NCBI GenBank assembly: GCA_010093605.1 | Contig: MU004191.1 | Location: 604,816-668,815, forward strand | Direction: 5' to 3' | Source of the DNA: Lophium mytilinum | Taxonomy: Eukaryota | DNA length: 64,000 nt | Shown: positions 1 to 12,400 of the stretch, piece by piece | Position numbering within the stretch: the stretch's first letter is position 1 | Layout: every line of letters starts with the position of its first letter | Made by a program: the position numbers and the translations under genes | Notes under the pieces: generated by a model | Seen by the model: the letters and a program-made list of their open reading frames with translations, nothing else | The model's database searches: none | What the model was told of the DNA's origin: nothing

Positions 1-1442
1 ATCAACTTCTCGAAATATAGTCCGCAGGTCGTTCCGGAATCCCATGGTGACATTTCAATAGTGCTCGACGCGGTGTCAATGGCATCGTCGTGCTCTCGGG
101 TTTCGTTCAACAGTTTCAGCGTTGAGCAGGCACCAGTGCAGTTGGACTGCACCTTTCGTCATCTCTTAATGATGATGAGCTTCCCTATCTTCTGCAAATT
201 TCTATCGGTTGCTATGGCTTGAAAGCTTGCTACACTTCATCACCCCTTGCTCACTATGCCCGTCACCACCATCTTCTCCCCTCAATCTTCAGCAGCTCGC
301 ATCCATGGTAGAGCGCACCACCAAACGCAACGGTGGCCGAGCCCGCAGCTTCCTCCGCCAGACCACTCGCTCCATGTGTCGTTTTCCATGTTTTCTCTTG
401 ATCCACCACCACGCCCGACCACAAACTCCATTGTATGATCGTGAAGCATTTTCGATCCAAGCGAATCCAACCAGACCAGTCTATGCCGGTTTCCAACGGC
501 AGTTTTCGAACTGGTGCACCGACCCTCCACCTTGTCCTTGAGATTCAGGAGCTGGGTGGAGCTTATATACTCACCGTGGAGGAAATATTCGGTGGATTAG
601 GTAAGCGGCACGTGGGGATCACGTGAAGGGCACGAGAGAGAATTGAGAGCAAGGAGAGCGAGGAGTAGTATGCGCGGGTATGATAGTAGCGAGAGGTCAT
701 TGCCTACGCTGTTTACATACAGAGTAACTACCTCTCGTATACCAGCTCTACATCATCTATCTTTATTCACATTTCACGATGCAAAGTCACACCTCACATC
801 AATTCACTTCATTTCACGTCAATCACTTCTCGCACCTCAAGAAACTAAAGTCGGCGCACAAGAATACTCCATTCGCACGACGTCGCCTCACGACTGCCGC
901 GCTGTGCATCTATCGAAGTAATTCCGCGCGCAATTGCCACATCCTCCTCCACCCGAGCATCCTTCCCCCCAGCCAACCATTCTTTCAAACAGCTAGCCAG
1001 ACATCCAGACGCCCATCTCCCCCTTCCCCTCCTCGCCTCTACTTCTCCAGCCCCGGGACCGCCCCGCCAATGTACGGCGAGGGCAGCAGGGCATTGCCAT
1101 ACCTCATCTCCTCGATCCGAAAATGAGTGTGGCATTTCAGCAGTCCCCCTCCACCCAACACACCTGCGCCTCCCCAACCAGTGGATCAGCGCCCAGTACA
1201 TCGAGCAGAGAGAAAGCCGCTTTTCATTAACATCCTTCCCTCCATGGCAATCAGAAAAAATCGAACAATCAAAAGGAATCCAAACGACAGGATTCCGGAG
1301 TTGTGTAAAACGTCCGCACTAAATAAAAAAGCGTAATGTAACGGCCGTGAATAGTATAAACAAGAAGTGGTTGGTGGTGTTCGAAAAGGAGCGTCTCCCG
1401 TGACTCGGGATCATGTTGGTGTGGACTGTTGTGATGCATCAC

Positions 1443-2306
1443 CTAAGTGCGCACGACAATACCCTGTCGCCTCGTCTGGCGGGCCTCGTACGCCTCGTCG
1501 TCCTCGCTGGAGCACTCATCCGAGTCATCGGAGAAGCCGCAGCGCGCGCCGCCGCAGTCGAGCTTGACGCGGTCGCCGGCACGGGTGATGCCGTAGCGTT
1601 CGCAGGTGCAGCAGCTCGAGGTGCTGGACACGGAGCTCGGGGAGCTCGAGTTCGACGAGCGCGACGTGAGCGACGGCACATCCGACGAGTCGTCCGAGTC
1701 GTACTCGCTGTCGTCGTCTTCCTCCTCGGACTCCTCCATGGTCGCGCGCGAGAAGCGGCTGGTGAGGGCTTCGATGGTCGCGGGCTCGTAGTTGCCGGCG
1801 ACAATGTTGCGGACCTGCCCGGGCTTCACGGGGGTGGGCGATTGGATCTTGGAGGGCGAGAGCGCGCGGCCCTTGGGGATGTCGGACGAGATGCGGCGCG
1901 AGTGGCGCTTGGAGGAGTCGCGGGATGAGGCGGCGGCGGCGGAGTGCGTGGCGGCCTTGGGGATGTCGAGGATGTTGAGCTTGCGGCCGGTGGTGGGCTC
2001 GACGGTGAACTCGCGGGCGGGGTCGTGCGAGACGTGGTAGCCGTCGATGATGTACTGGTGAGGGAGTCAGTTGGGGGAGTTCAATTGAAAGACGGTGGAC
2101 ATGAGGCAACATACGTAGTACCAGTAGCGGGAGCCCTGCTTCAGTTGCGCGCCCTGGAAGCGGAAAGTGCCGACCCAGCCTCCTGACTTCTTGGAGTCCT
2201 TGGAGAGCGGGAGCTGGCCGGAGTAGTTGTCCCAAGAGCCGAGGAGGTGGACGGTTTTGCAGTTGGCCGAGGTGCGGAGAGAAAAGCTTGACTGGATGGC
2301 TGCCAT
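1443..2306 (-). CDS. esdC: EsdC-like early sexual development protein (N-terminal AMPK-beta/CBM48 glycogen-binding domain), ~267 aa, 2 exons
   Basis: Exon1 2306-2115 (TVHLLGSWDNY...YWYY); 60-nt intron 2114-2055 (GTATGT..CAG); exon2 2054-1443 in frame (YIIDG...CCTCERYG...). Size, single intron and domain match my recollection of Aspergillus EsdC. Confidence 0.8.
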
Positions 2307-3971
2307 TTCGAAGATGTGTTGGTTGTTCTTGGTTATATTAGGTTTTCTTTAGTGCTGAAGAGCGGTAGTCGTTTGGAGCAAGTTGTTCGATATCTTGATT
2401 GATTGGGGTCTGAAAGAAGGCGATAGTGCAAATGCCGATAGTGAATGCAGTGCGATAATTTGTTGGATTTGCTGAGCAAGAAAGAGCTGATATTATTCGC
2501 GAGGGTGGGTAGTCGACCGGCGACAATGGGTTTGAATTAAAAAAAGATTGGTGGTTGGGGTTTGGTAGTGAGTAGTAGTAATTAATGGCACCAGGCCTGA
2601 GGGATCGGATGAAAGAGGAGAGAGAAAAAAGGACGAAACACAAAAAACGAATAATAGACAGCTCTTAGAAGTTCACACGCTTGCTGAGGAGTCCGAAGAG
2701 GGGGAGCGGCGGGGCCTTATTTAAGCTGGGTGGTCGGCCATGGCGACGGGTTGCTCCCCCTCGGGGGCTACAGCGGGACGGACGGGCAAGGTCACGCTGA
2801 GTGCTGCTTTGCACACAAGGCCGGGCTGGTGCATGGATGGGGGGCTGCGAGAGCGCTTGAGGTCGGCGTGGGAGTGGACGAGATGTCGGTGGAGCACTCG
2901 GGTGGTGTGCAGCGGGCGCCTGGCTCCGCGGCCTCAATTGGCTGCTCTCTTCGTTTCGCGGCGTCGTCTTTAGCGGGGCAGGGAGGGCGAACACCAGGCC
3001 AATGGCAGCGCCGGCTGCTGTGATGGTCGTGATGGGGCGGGATTGTCACACTGCAGCAATCTATTGCCGTCGCCCTCCGCTTCGGGAAGTGTGCGATGCG
3101 GCTTCAGTCGTCCAAGGCCGGTATGCTGCCTGCTCTTTTCTTCTTGTGCTGCCCCGACGGGTCTGCCATGCGAGCCTCGAAATGCTCCACCCAATCGCCC
3201 CCCGACTCCACTGTCATCCGCTTCCCATGCAGACTCTCTCCCCCCCAGCGGTTATGTGCAGCCAGGCCTCACAGACCGAGAAAACAGCCCACCTCGCTAC
3301 AGCAGACTTCGACGATAGCGATAACGTACTCACTCCCTTCCCGCTGCCCAATTGCGAGCATTTAGACTGCACTGACAGCTGCGGACCGCTGCCCGTCATC
3401 GCGGGAGTCAAGACCCATCCGCTATGCCTCCAGCCACTTCCTCAGGTCCCGCCAGCGGCTCCCATTGGGCGTGCAATTTGATATCGAGCAGGCAGTCCGC
3501 TGTACGCATCGCCGTCCAGTACACCGTGTCGCACTCACGGTCTCAGAAGCCCCTATACCGGCAACACCACTAAACAGCAACTGACGGCAGGATTCTTCGA
3601 TTCGTAATTCCACACTTCTAAATCCGTTTCTCGAAGCCGTGGATCACGGCTATCACCCATGTCCCGCGAGCCGCCTCGAAAGCGAGCCCACGGTGATTCC
3701 CACGCCTACGCGCCACACACCCCAGCACCTCCTCCACCTTTATGCACTGACTGCACCCTAGGGCACCCTAGGCACCTCGTTCGCGCAATCCACTCCAGAA
3801 CTCCACTTGCCTGCCCAAACGAGACCACAGACCAGAGACACCAAAACGCCGCTGCATGCTAGTAATAATTACGCAAGCCACCCCGCTACTGCTGCATAGA
3901 TTGCATCTGCCCACTCCGGTGAACCTCAAGCTGAACTGAAGTCTCGCGCCATATCAGCTGGCTTCTGCCTA

Positions 3972-5936
3972 CTACTCGAATCCCAGCAGCGTCTGCAACT
4001 CCTCCGGCGTCAACGTGCTCTTTCGCCGCTTCGGCCGCCCGCCAACCCTCGTCTTGCGGGGCGAGCTGCGCCGGCGATTCTGCGGGCCAGCCTGCTGATC
4101 ACCCGCATCCTCCAGCGCCTCTGCAGCGGGCGACGCGCGCACCAGGCCGTCTGCGAGGGCTGTCGCCTCGGCCTCGGCTTGGGCCACATTGAGCTTGTCT
4201 TGGACCGTCAGCTTTGGCGAGCGCTCTTCGGGGTGTGGTCGTGGGGATGAGAGCCGTTTCTGAGCCTGTAGGTTGTCAATATAGAGATCTGTGGGCGCGT
4301 CTAGAGAGAAGGCGGGTGAAGAGAGGGTGACTGTGCGTGCTAGATGTTCAAGCTCCGCAGTATCGTCAACACCTACTTGGCGAGGAATCCGTGACTCCTG
4401 CACTCGCGGTCTGCTCCTGACTGCTTGTGCCTGTGACTTTGCTTTCGCTGCGTCTTTACCGCTAGACCTCGAGCCCACGAGGTCGATCTCGGACGCGTTC
4501 TCGTCTGCATCCTGGGATGGTGTGCTGGTGGCCGAGGGCGCAAACGCAACCTTGCGTGGGGATTTGACATTGCCGTCGCCTTCCCTAAGCGCTGGCTGTG
4601 CAGGCTGCAGGTGGATGTTGAAGATATCCGAATTCGTCGTTCTCTCTGTGACCGCCGGCTCAGGAAATGAAGGGTATTCCAGGCTGGAGGGCTCCCCCTC
4701 TTCTTCGATGTCTTCGAGGCCCTCGCTGTCCATCTCCTCCTCGTTGTCCGTGAGGATGGATATGTCTTCTTTGCTGGGCGATTCGAGTCCAACACTGAGT
4801 CCCAACCCCATCTTCAGTTCGTCGATATTGACGGTATCACCACCACTCGCCATCCTCTTCCTCCACCCATCCATCATCGCAATCGCCTCTCGCCACCTCG
4901 TCTCCATCTTCTCCCAGCCCTGCCGCAGTCTCACAATCTCCTCCTCCCTTAGCTCCACCTCATCAATCGGCACGAAATTCGGATTCGTGAGGAGGTTCTT
5001 CAGATTCTCCAACACCGCATCCATATCTGCCGCGAGCGCCTCATAACTCGTCGGCAGCGCGTTCACCATCCCCCCCACCTCCCCCTCCTCCTTTTCCCTC
5101 ACCATCTCCAGACCCTCACACCCCTCCATCCCCTGCAACTCCCTCAACGTCCCCAACGCCCCCCTCACCAACCCAATCAAGCTATCATTCTCATCACTCA
5201 GCCCCTGGCTCAGCTGCGTGAGGAACTCCGTCGTCTCCTGCCGGAGCTCATACCCCGGATCCTCCACCCCCAACCCTCCCACAACCTCCTCTTCCCGCCC
5301 ACTCCCCAGCTTCCCCCCGGCCCCGGGTGTAATCGTGATACTCGCGCCCACCAACCCCGTCTTGTTCCCCCGCTGCTGCGCCGTCAGATGCGTCTTCAGC
5401 CGCTGGATCTGCACGTCGCGTTTCCGCACGTCGTTGGCGCACGCTGTGCGCACCTGCGCGAGCGTCGTCTTCAGCCGCAGCATCTCCTCGCGCAGCGCGC
5501 GGGCGGAGGATTCGGCTGTTCGGAGAGCGGTGCGGGCGGCGCGGTCCTGGGACTGGGAGAGGGAGAGCTGGCGCGCGAGGTCGTCGGCGTGGGTTTGTAG
5601 TTTCTCGGCGCGGAGGGCGTGTGCGGTCGCTTCGGCGCGGGTGGTGGAGATAGTTTGGGCGAGGGCGGAGTGGTGGGTTTGGTCGCGCTGCGGGAGGGGG
5701 GTTAATGGTTTGCTCTTTGTATACAATTGAGGTGACTTTTGGGGTGGGGGGCGTACGTCGCGTTTTAGGATCAAGTCGTGGACGAGGTTGATGATCTGTG
5801 CCAGGGCGACTTCTTTCCCGCCCTCTGTCTTCGAGGGGCGCGCGAACTCGATTGGTTTGCCATCGCGAAGGAGGCCGCGGGCGAGGAGGAGGTTATTGAT
5901 GTAGGTGGAGGCGGTTTTTAGGTTGAAGGCATCCAT
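3972..5936 (-). CDS. Afadin/alpha-actinin-binding (ADIP/Msd1) family coiled-coil protein, TinA-like
   Basis: YINNLLLARGLL N-terminus and long coiled coil (CANDVRKRDVQIQRLK). Two probable in-frame introns, 5756-5688 and 4376-4266. Confidence 0.75.
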   Translation of the reverse strand: MDAFNLKTASTYINNLLLARGLLRDGKPIEFARPSKTEGGKEVALAQIINLVHDLILKRDVRPPPQKSPQLYTKSKPLTPLPQRDQTHHSALAQTISTTRAEATAHALRAEKLQTHADDLARQLSLSQSQDRAARTALRTAESSARALREEMLRLKTTLAQVRTACANDVRKRDVQIQRLKTHLTAQQRGNKTGLVGASITITPGAGGKLGSGREEEVVGGLGVEDPGYELRQETTEFLTQLSQGLSDENDSLIGLVRGALGTLRELQGMEGCEGLEMVREKEEGEVGGMVNALPTSYEALAADMDAVLENLKNLLTNPNFVPIDEVELREEEIVRLRQGWEKMETRWREAIAMMDGWRKRMASGGDTVNIDELKMGLGLSVGLESPSKEDISILTDNEEEMDSEGLEDIEEEGEPSSLEYPSFPEPAVTERTTNSDIFNIHLQPAQPALREGDGNVKSPRKVAFAPSATSTPSQDADENASEIDLVGSRSSGKDAAKAKSQAQAVRSRPRVQESRIPRQVGVDDTAELEHLARTVTLSSPAFSLDAPTDLYIDNLQAQKRLSSPRPHPEERSPKLTVQDKLNVAQAEAEATALADGLVRASPAAEALEDAGDQQAGPQNRRRSSPRKTRVGGRPKRRKSTLTPEELQTLLGFE

Positions 5937-6684
5937 GGTCGCTGGAGGTCGGCCACCGCTGGACGGGCTGGTGGGTTGTCGTGCGGAGAAGGGCTTGTTT
6001 TGGAGACGTTGGTGGTTTCCATCGTTGTTTACTGAGGTCCTGCTTTGAGTCTAGCGTAAATTTGGAAGCGATGTCACGTGTGGGCTGCTAGCGCAGCTCT
6101 AAACTCGTCTCGATTCACCACCTCATCGAAATCCCCATCATCCCAGAACTCAGCCTTGTCCGTACGCTGCGATAATTGATCACCACTTTGATTGAAATAC
6201 GTGCCGTTCGCTAGTTTTCAGAATGCTAGCAGGCCGAGAGCTATCCATTAATGCGGCAGAGTTATCCGTCAAAACAGCCGCAGAGGGAATCGTGGAGAGT
6301 TCCGGAGCTGATCCTCTTACAGCAATCAGTCAATTCTTGCCCATGCTTTCATCCCGAGCAGCATCATAAGCTATACGCCTCCGTACTTTTCGATACATGA
6401 ACGCTATGATGGCAACTACTTTAGCCCAAAGCCATGCAGCAAGCGAGGCTGACATAGATGCTCACCATTCTTTGATGCACGACAGCTGTGATAAGAACTG
6501 CCACAAGCGAATCACCACAGGGCCAGTCAGACCCCGCATTCTGCACCGATCTACCGGCCCCCTCATTCTTCACCGGTCAGTTATCGAGGACTTTTACTCC
6601 CGCGCCTTCTTTTTTCACTCAAGGACTATGGAGTTCTAGTACTACCTTCAGCTACAGTTGTCGAATTTAGCTTGAAACGATAAG

Positions 6685-9036
6685 ATGGAAGAGCTCATGG
6701 AGATCCGAAATTACCTTTGGCTAGGATTGTCGTTAATAGCTTTGAAAGAAAATATGGACGAGCTCCTGCAATTAGAAAGCTTGATGGAGAAAGAATTTGG
6801 GTGGGCTGAAGACAGCCCTTCATCGATTTACACCCCGTTACCGACCCCGACTTCGATTCGCGTCCTAAAGTTGTCCAAAGACAGTGGACCAAACCAGCAG
6901 ATCATCTGTCACGTCAAGGTGGTTGACTTGGATCGCCTTCCCCAATATTCCGCACTCTCATATACCTGGGGCGACCCTGGAGCTGATCCCAATGATAATG
7001 AGCATCATCCATGCATTACCCAGAAGCCGGTGAATGGCCAATATGAGATTCTTTGCAATGGTCATCCTATCAGAGTGACCAAGAATTGTGTCTCCTTCCT
7101 CTACTCCCAGAGGTTTTGGGAAGGTTATCTCAAACGCAATCCCTCTCTGGGTCCAGACGCAATCAAAGATGCATCAATCGATTACCTCTGGATAGATGCC
7201 ATTTGTATCAATCAAGAATCACTCGAAGAACGTTCATCCCAGGTTCGGTTGATGGATAGGATATACAGACAAGCACAACAAGTTGTTGTTTGGCTGGGCC
7301 CTTCCGATTCGATGACTGATCCGGCCTTTAAAGCCATCATCGCAATGGCGGGTGCTCCAGTCGACGAACTTCACAAGCTGCAGGGAAGTAGGATGCTGGA
7401 TCCGGCGCCCTACAAGACACTTGGTATTCGCATGATCAGCAAACACGAATGGCAATCTATGAGAGCGCTCTACGAGCGCTCTTGGTTTTCGAGAGCATGG
7501 ACCCTTCAAGAATTCGTACTTGCACGTAAGGCGGTCATGTTTTGTGGACACGGCTTCATGAAAATGCAGTGGCTGTTGCTTGCGGCACAGAATACGATAT
7601 TACTGGGTTGGGACTCTCAATTGGGCATGCTTGGCAACGTGGAAGATACTCCTGAGAATACTTCCCTATATATGCAGGCGCATGATGCGTTCGTTTCGAA
7701 AGATACAGCTAGCTCTCTCCCCGGCAAAGACCAGAAGCGCCATGTCTTTACTAAGTATGGGACCTTGCAGACAGGCATACCTAGCCGCGAAAGGGATCTG
7801 GGAGTTCCAATTTCTCAAGAGTCTAGCATCCATACTTTGGTCTTGCTGTCTTTCCTGCAGCTTTCTCAAGGTCGAGTAAGCAAAGAGCGATGGTTAGCTC
7901 AGGAAGATACATTTCCACTTCAAACAGTACTCGTAGCGTCACGATCCAGGAAATGCTCCAACCCTGCCGACAAGCTCTACGCAGTCCTTGGACTTGTGCC
8001 TGAGGCGAGCTGGCAGTATCTACCTATCGACTACTCCATGCCGGTTGTCGAGTTGTATACACGTGCAGCCTTCGTCATGATTCGAGCTACGCGGAGCTTG
8101 AGTATTTTGTCTTATGTTGGGGATAAAACATTCCGACGGTACAAGGCTCTTCCCAGTTGGGTTCCTGACTTGACGCATCCCGGTTTGAATATGCCACTTG
8201 ATATCGGCAGTAGTCTCGAGGTACTTCTTCCTGGACGAAGAATGATGAGCTTCAATGCTTCCCGCGGTATGCGTTTTCATGTCAACTCACAGGAAATCTC
8301 ATGTGCGACCCTTCCAGTACGAGGCATTCACTACGATACTGTTCAAGCAATTGGAGATTTTGATTTTACTCGTTTGAGTCGTATAGAGCCATTGCTGGAC
8401 GTCATCGTAAGACTACCGCGAGATCGGCTGTGGAGAACGCTCCTTGCAAACGAACGTGTAGTCCACCAGATCGGAGAACGTCAGCTCGATGAGAAACCTC
8501 CGCATACTGCCAAGGAGATTGATGGAGAAGTTTTCCTATTTTTGTTGTCTTTGGAAACATGGTCTATGCTCTGCGGGCCGACCCACGAATCGCCTTCTGA
8601 TTCAGAACAGCCCCGTGTTGAAGATATTGCTCAACAGCAATATGATATCTACGAACAGATCGTGGGCCCCGAGCTGAACTCGATCCCCCGTTCTCTTTTC
8701 GTCGACGGCAAACAGCCACCCTTCATCAATCGGCTACAGTGGTGCCCGCCAGATACTGTACGTTCTCTATGCGAGGGTTTTTTAAAGTCTTTCGCTGCAA
8801 GATGGCAGGACAGGAGACTTTTCACCACCCAAAATCAGAAGCTAGGTGCTGGTATGCTCCCAACACAAGAGGGTGATGAAGTATGGGTGCTAGCGGGTGC
8901 CAAAGTTCCATATGTCCTTCGACCCAAGGACGATGCACAGTACGAACTGGTTGGCGAAGCCTACATGCATGACATTATGCATGGTGAGCTTGTAGAAGAA
9001 AGTCAAAGTGAAGTCAAAGACATCACATTGATATAG
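6685..9036 (+). CDS. HET-domain protein (HET-6-like), 783 aa, single exon
   Basis: HET motifs YSALSYTWG, LWIDAICINQ, QVRLMDRIY..A..VVVWLG, WFSRAWTLQE. HET-6-type C-terminus GDEVWVLAG..PYVLR..YELVGEAYMHDIMHGE. Confidence 0.92.
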   Translation: MEELMEIRNYLWLGLSLIALKENMDELLQLESLMEKEFGWAEDSPSSIYTPLPTPTSIRVLKLSKDSGPNQQIICHVKVVDLDRLPQYSALSYTWGDPGADPNDNEHHPCITQKPVNGQYEILCNGHPIRVTKNCVSFLYSQRFWEGYLKRNPSLGPDAIKDASIDYLWIDAICINQESLEERSSQVRLMDRIYRQAQQVVVWLGPSDSMTDPAFKAIIAMAGAPVDELHKLQGSRMLDPAPYKTLGIRMISKHEWQSMRALYERSWFSRAWTLQEFVLARKAVMFCGHGFMKMQWLLLAAQNTILLGWDSQLGMLGNVEDTPENTSLYMQAHDAFVSKDTASSLPGKDQKRHVFTKYGTLQTGIPSRERDLGVPISQESSIHTLVLLSFLQLSQGRVSKERWLAQEDTFPLQTVLVASRSRKCSNPADKLYAVLGLVPEASWQYLPIDYSMPVVELYTRAAFVMIRATRSLSILSYVGDKTFRRYKALPSWVPDLTHPGLNMPLDIGSSLEVLLPGRRMMSFNASRGMRFHVNSQEISCATLPVRGIHYDTVQAIGDFDFTRLSRIEPLLDVIVRLPRDRLWRTLLANERVVHQIGERQLDEKPPHTAKEIDGEVFLFLLSLETWSMLCGPTHESPSDSEQPRVEDIAQQQYDIYEQIVGPELNSIPRSLFVDGKQPPFINRLQWCPPDTVRSLCEGFLKSFAARWQDRRLFTTQNQKLGAGMLPTQEGDEVWVLAGAKVPYVLRPKDDAQYELVGEAYMHDIMHGELVEESQSEVKDITLI

Positions 9037-9495
9037 CCGCGTTGGTTTAACTATTTGCGTCTCTCTTCTCTACGTATCGCTCACGGAAACTATAGTCAGA
9101 GCGAGGGATTTTGCTGCTTCGGACCCCAGAGATAAACATTCGCGGTTCTAGCTTTGATAGAGGCAAGAGTATACTCCGCTTGATTACTCTCTCGTAACAG
9201 GTTCACTATGCATCGCTGCGAATGCAGTGTTGAAGTTGATAGCGAAGAAAGCCTCGCAAGGTGGCTAGGTTGAAGGTTTATCGTGTGATGGTGTGGTCGG
9301 TAATCGTGTCGAAACTGAGGTGGCTAAATATTAGTGAAGTTGGCGTCGAGGTTTATGACTATGGGGTTGTGGCGACGACTCTTGTAGGGAACCATGGAAC
9401 AATTGCAGACCATCTAGCACAAGCCATCAACCGAATGCTTTACCAAACGGCGCCTTGCTGCGTGAAAACGTTGCATTTTCTTGTTTCGAGGAACT

Positions 9496-12400
9496 CTAGC
9501 TCCTTTGCTCACTAGCCAATAACATCGTGAACGTATCTTCAAGGAAACTGACTAGCTCAGCCAATGTCTTCCCATCTTCTGTGACCGTCCCTTCCTTAAG
9601 TCCATACCAGCAGGGTCGAGGAGTCTCGTAGAACTCATGACTTTTGCAAAATTCCATATCGCCGTTGCTTTGCTGCCAGCTGCTGTAGCAATCAGCGCAA
9701 AGATCTGTGTCGATACAGTTTAAGCATCTGTATCTTGTGCCTCGCATGAACCCATCCAAAGACACACTGCAATTACTGCAGCGGTATGGCTGCACGACAA
9801 TATTGTTCAACGCTATTCCTTGTTCGTCGAATATAGCAGCGTATTCGTAGTAGCTGCGCCCGCAGATAATGAGACTGGAAGACAAGGCGGCTCGGCCATA
9901 ATGATGGCGCACCGTACAACAACCTCTCATACTCTTTAGAATATGCAAGATGGTTGAGTACAAAACTCGCTTATCACAATGGTCCACGTCGTAGGTCCTG
10001 ACGGCCTCTAAGGATGGGGCTATCTCGTCACGTTGAAGCGCGCGACCGATAAAAGAATCATGTTTTGCCCAGTAATGCTAGGTTCAGGTTACTTGCTTGG
10101 CCAGACTGGTTGAGGAGGATACTTACAATTGTGAGACCTTTAGAGCTTACCATGTTGATGTAGCTTCCGTCTTCTTGGAGTAGCTTTTTGATAAGCTTTG
10201 AACTTGACCTGTACAACGCCGCTACTTCGAGCACTGTGGAGACATTTGTACCTGAGCTGCGAACGCTCAAATCCGCACCTGAGTTTATCAGGAGTTGAAA
10301 TACTTCTTCATTGTTGTACTGCAGAGCTCGAAAGATTGGTATACCCACACAATATGGTGAGGGTATTCCATCTACCAAGGCTCCATTTCTTAGGAGATGC
10401 TGCGCAGCGTTTCTGAACCCGCGCGCTGCTGCAGTGCACATTGGACTGGGCGTAACGCGAGCATCGCAGTGCGTCAAAAGGCTTTGAAGGTTTATAGGGT
10501 CTTCCCTGGAAGTCGCGGCATACATATTAGCGGTCGTCCATCAATACTAAAGGAGGCAAAATCATGTAGGGGTACATTGTGGCCCTTCCTGGGTCAGATG
10601 CAGGAATAAACCGTGACCGTTCGTCAGCAAAACATGTTGCTGAACTTCCACCCTCGCGCTTGCAAACTTAGGCTCGAATGTATTGAGGATATTGACAGTT
10701 CTCATGCCAATAGCTGCAAATAACATCAAGTCCATAGACCTGGGCGTGAGCCAGACACCGTGACACTAGATAATGGCAAAGACATATACAAGTGTGATGA
10801 TCGTAACGGACCTTGCATCTATCTTTTAATAGTACTCACCATTCGAGTTGAAAGCGAAGGAACAGGTCAGCAATGTCATCGCTAATTGTTCCAATATTTA
10901 CTGTGCTGTAAAGATCATAGTCTTGTTGCATCGTGCAGCCATTCCAATAACACATTAGGGAGCATTGAATGACCTGCTGCACAAACCAGGCACTTGTATA
11001 GTTGGCTGCGTATTGAGCCGGAGGCTTCGTGTAGTCAATGATTGAGACTAATTGGCGGTATTTAGTTTCATCAGTGGGAAAATGGGATTCTACCCAAGGG
11101 CGTCTCATATCAAAGTCCCTGAACCGGTCGATAGGTACACTTCTGGCATAGGAGAAGAGAGGATAATCTCCTTCGTTGAGTCTCTTATTGAGTAGACTTT
11201 GTAACTCCAAACCAATCGTGGATACATATGTCAGTAGACACCCCATGACGTGTTGTTTGCTGGAGGCTTCCTGCAGGGCAAATCTGGCGATCTTATGTTT
11301 TTGCGTCGTGAGCCGGTTGCATAACAAGTACTCCTTGACAGAAAAATGAGCGAGGACGACGGTTCCATCCGCATCAACACGTAACAGGCTACCGCATAGA
11401 GCAAGGACTTCTTCGGTTTCTAGCAAACGCTCCTTGGCGTCGAAGCGGTCTTTCGCGGGATCAATGGCGATACTTTCAGCGAGCTCTTCTAAGCGCAAAG
11501 GACGTTCCGAGCCAACTAGCCATTTGAACAGTCGGAGAATGTGCTCATAATCCCCTTCTTTGATGTTTTCCAAAATGCGGTCATAGGTTTCATTGAGTCC
11601 TTCCGGGAGCGTCTCGAGTGCAGTCTCTAACGCTCTCTGTGTCCTGATTTCTTGTAAAACGTCAAGCTGGCACTGTATCCAGCGATACATGCCATCGGCG
11701 CCGGAAACGAGATCTTTTACGAGATGCTCTCGAGCAGGAGCCGGAAGACGACGTAGTCTGGGTATCTTTGTGAGTTCATTGCGGACATGTATTTCCATAG
11801 AGGGCTCAACATGCCTCGGAAGCATGGCAAAGTGCGGCTCAACCAACAGAGCTTGCCGAATATCGTATTCAGGTCGGCTTGAAAGTAGTATCCGACATTG
11901 TCCTTTGTTCCATGCTAGCCGACGCAACTTCTCGATATTTCTCAAGAGAGTGCATCGATTGGGACATTCATCGATACCATCGATGATCAAATATGTTACT
12001 TCGAATGACTGAGTGGCGGTCTCTTCCAGAAGCCCGATAAAGGTTTCAACCTCTGGAAAATCCGTACAGCGTTGGTGATATCGATCTCTCACTGCAGATG
12101 GAACTCGATCCATTTGTTCGACCAGCTGCCGCACTAGGGATCCTATGACACTTGTGACATCCAGAGTAGGAGGGTTAGCAAAGTCGCAGTAGTGATAAGC
12201 TATGGCCTTTGGAACAGGTCCAACTGAACACGAAGCTTGCAAATTGTCGATGATAGCAGAGCTTGCAATGGTCAATTAGCACAGGTTGAGATGTGAAGGT
12301 GGGAAGTGACACTTACACCAAGACAGTCTTCCCGGCGCCGCTAGGACCATGCAGCCAGATGAGATTCCCGTCGTTCACCCAGTCCACGACAGCCTGTTCG

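Noticed and set aside
1..1340. Short ORFs at the window start
   Set aside because: No recognisable domain or consistent splice model.
1413..2235. Long overlapping or antisense ORFs (1413-1928, 1525-2235; likewise 4291-5046, 24964-25716, 28782-29531, 31504-32142)
   Set aside because: Shadows of GC3-rich real genes, with low-complexity translations and no motifs.
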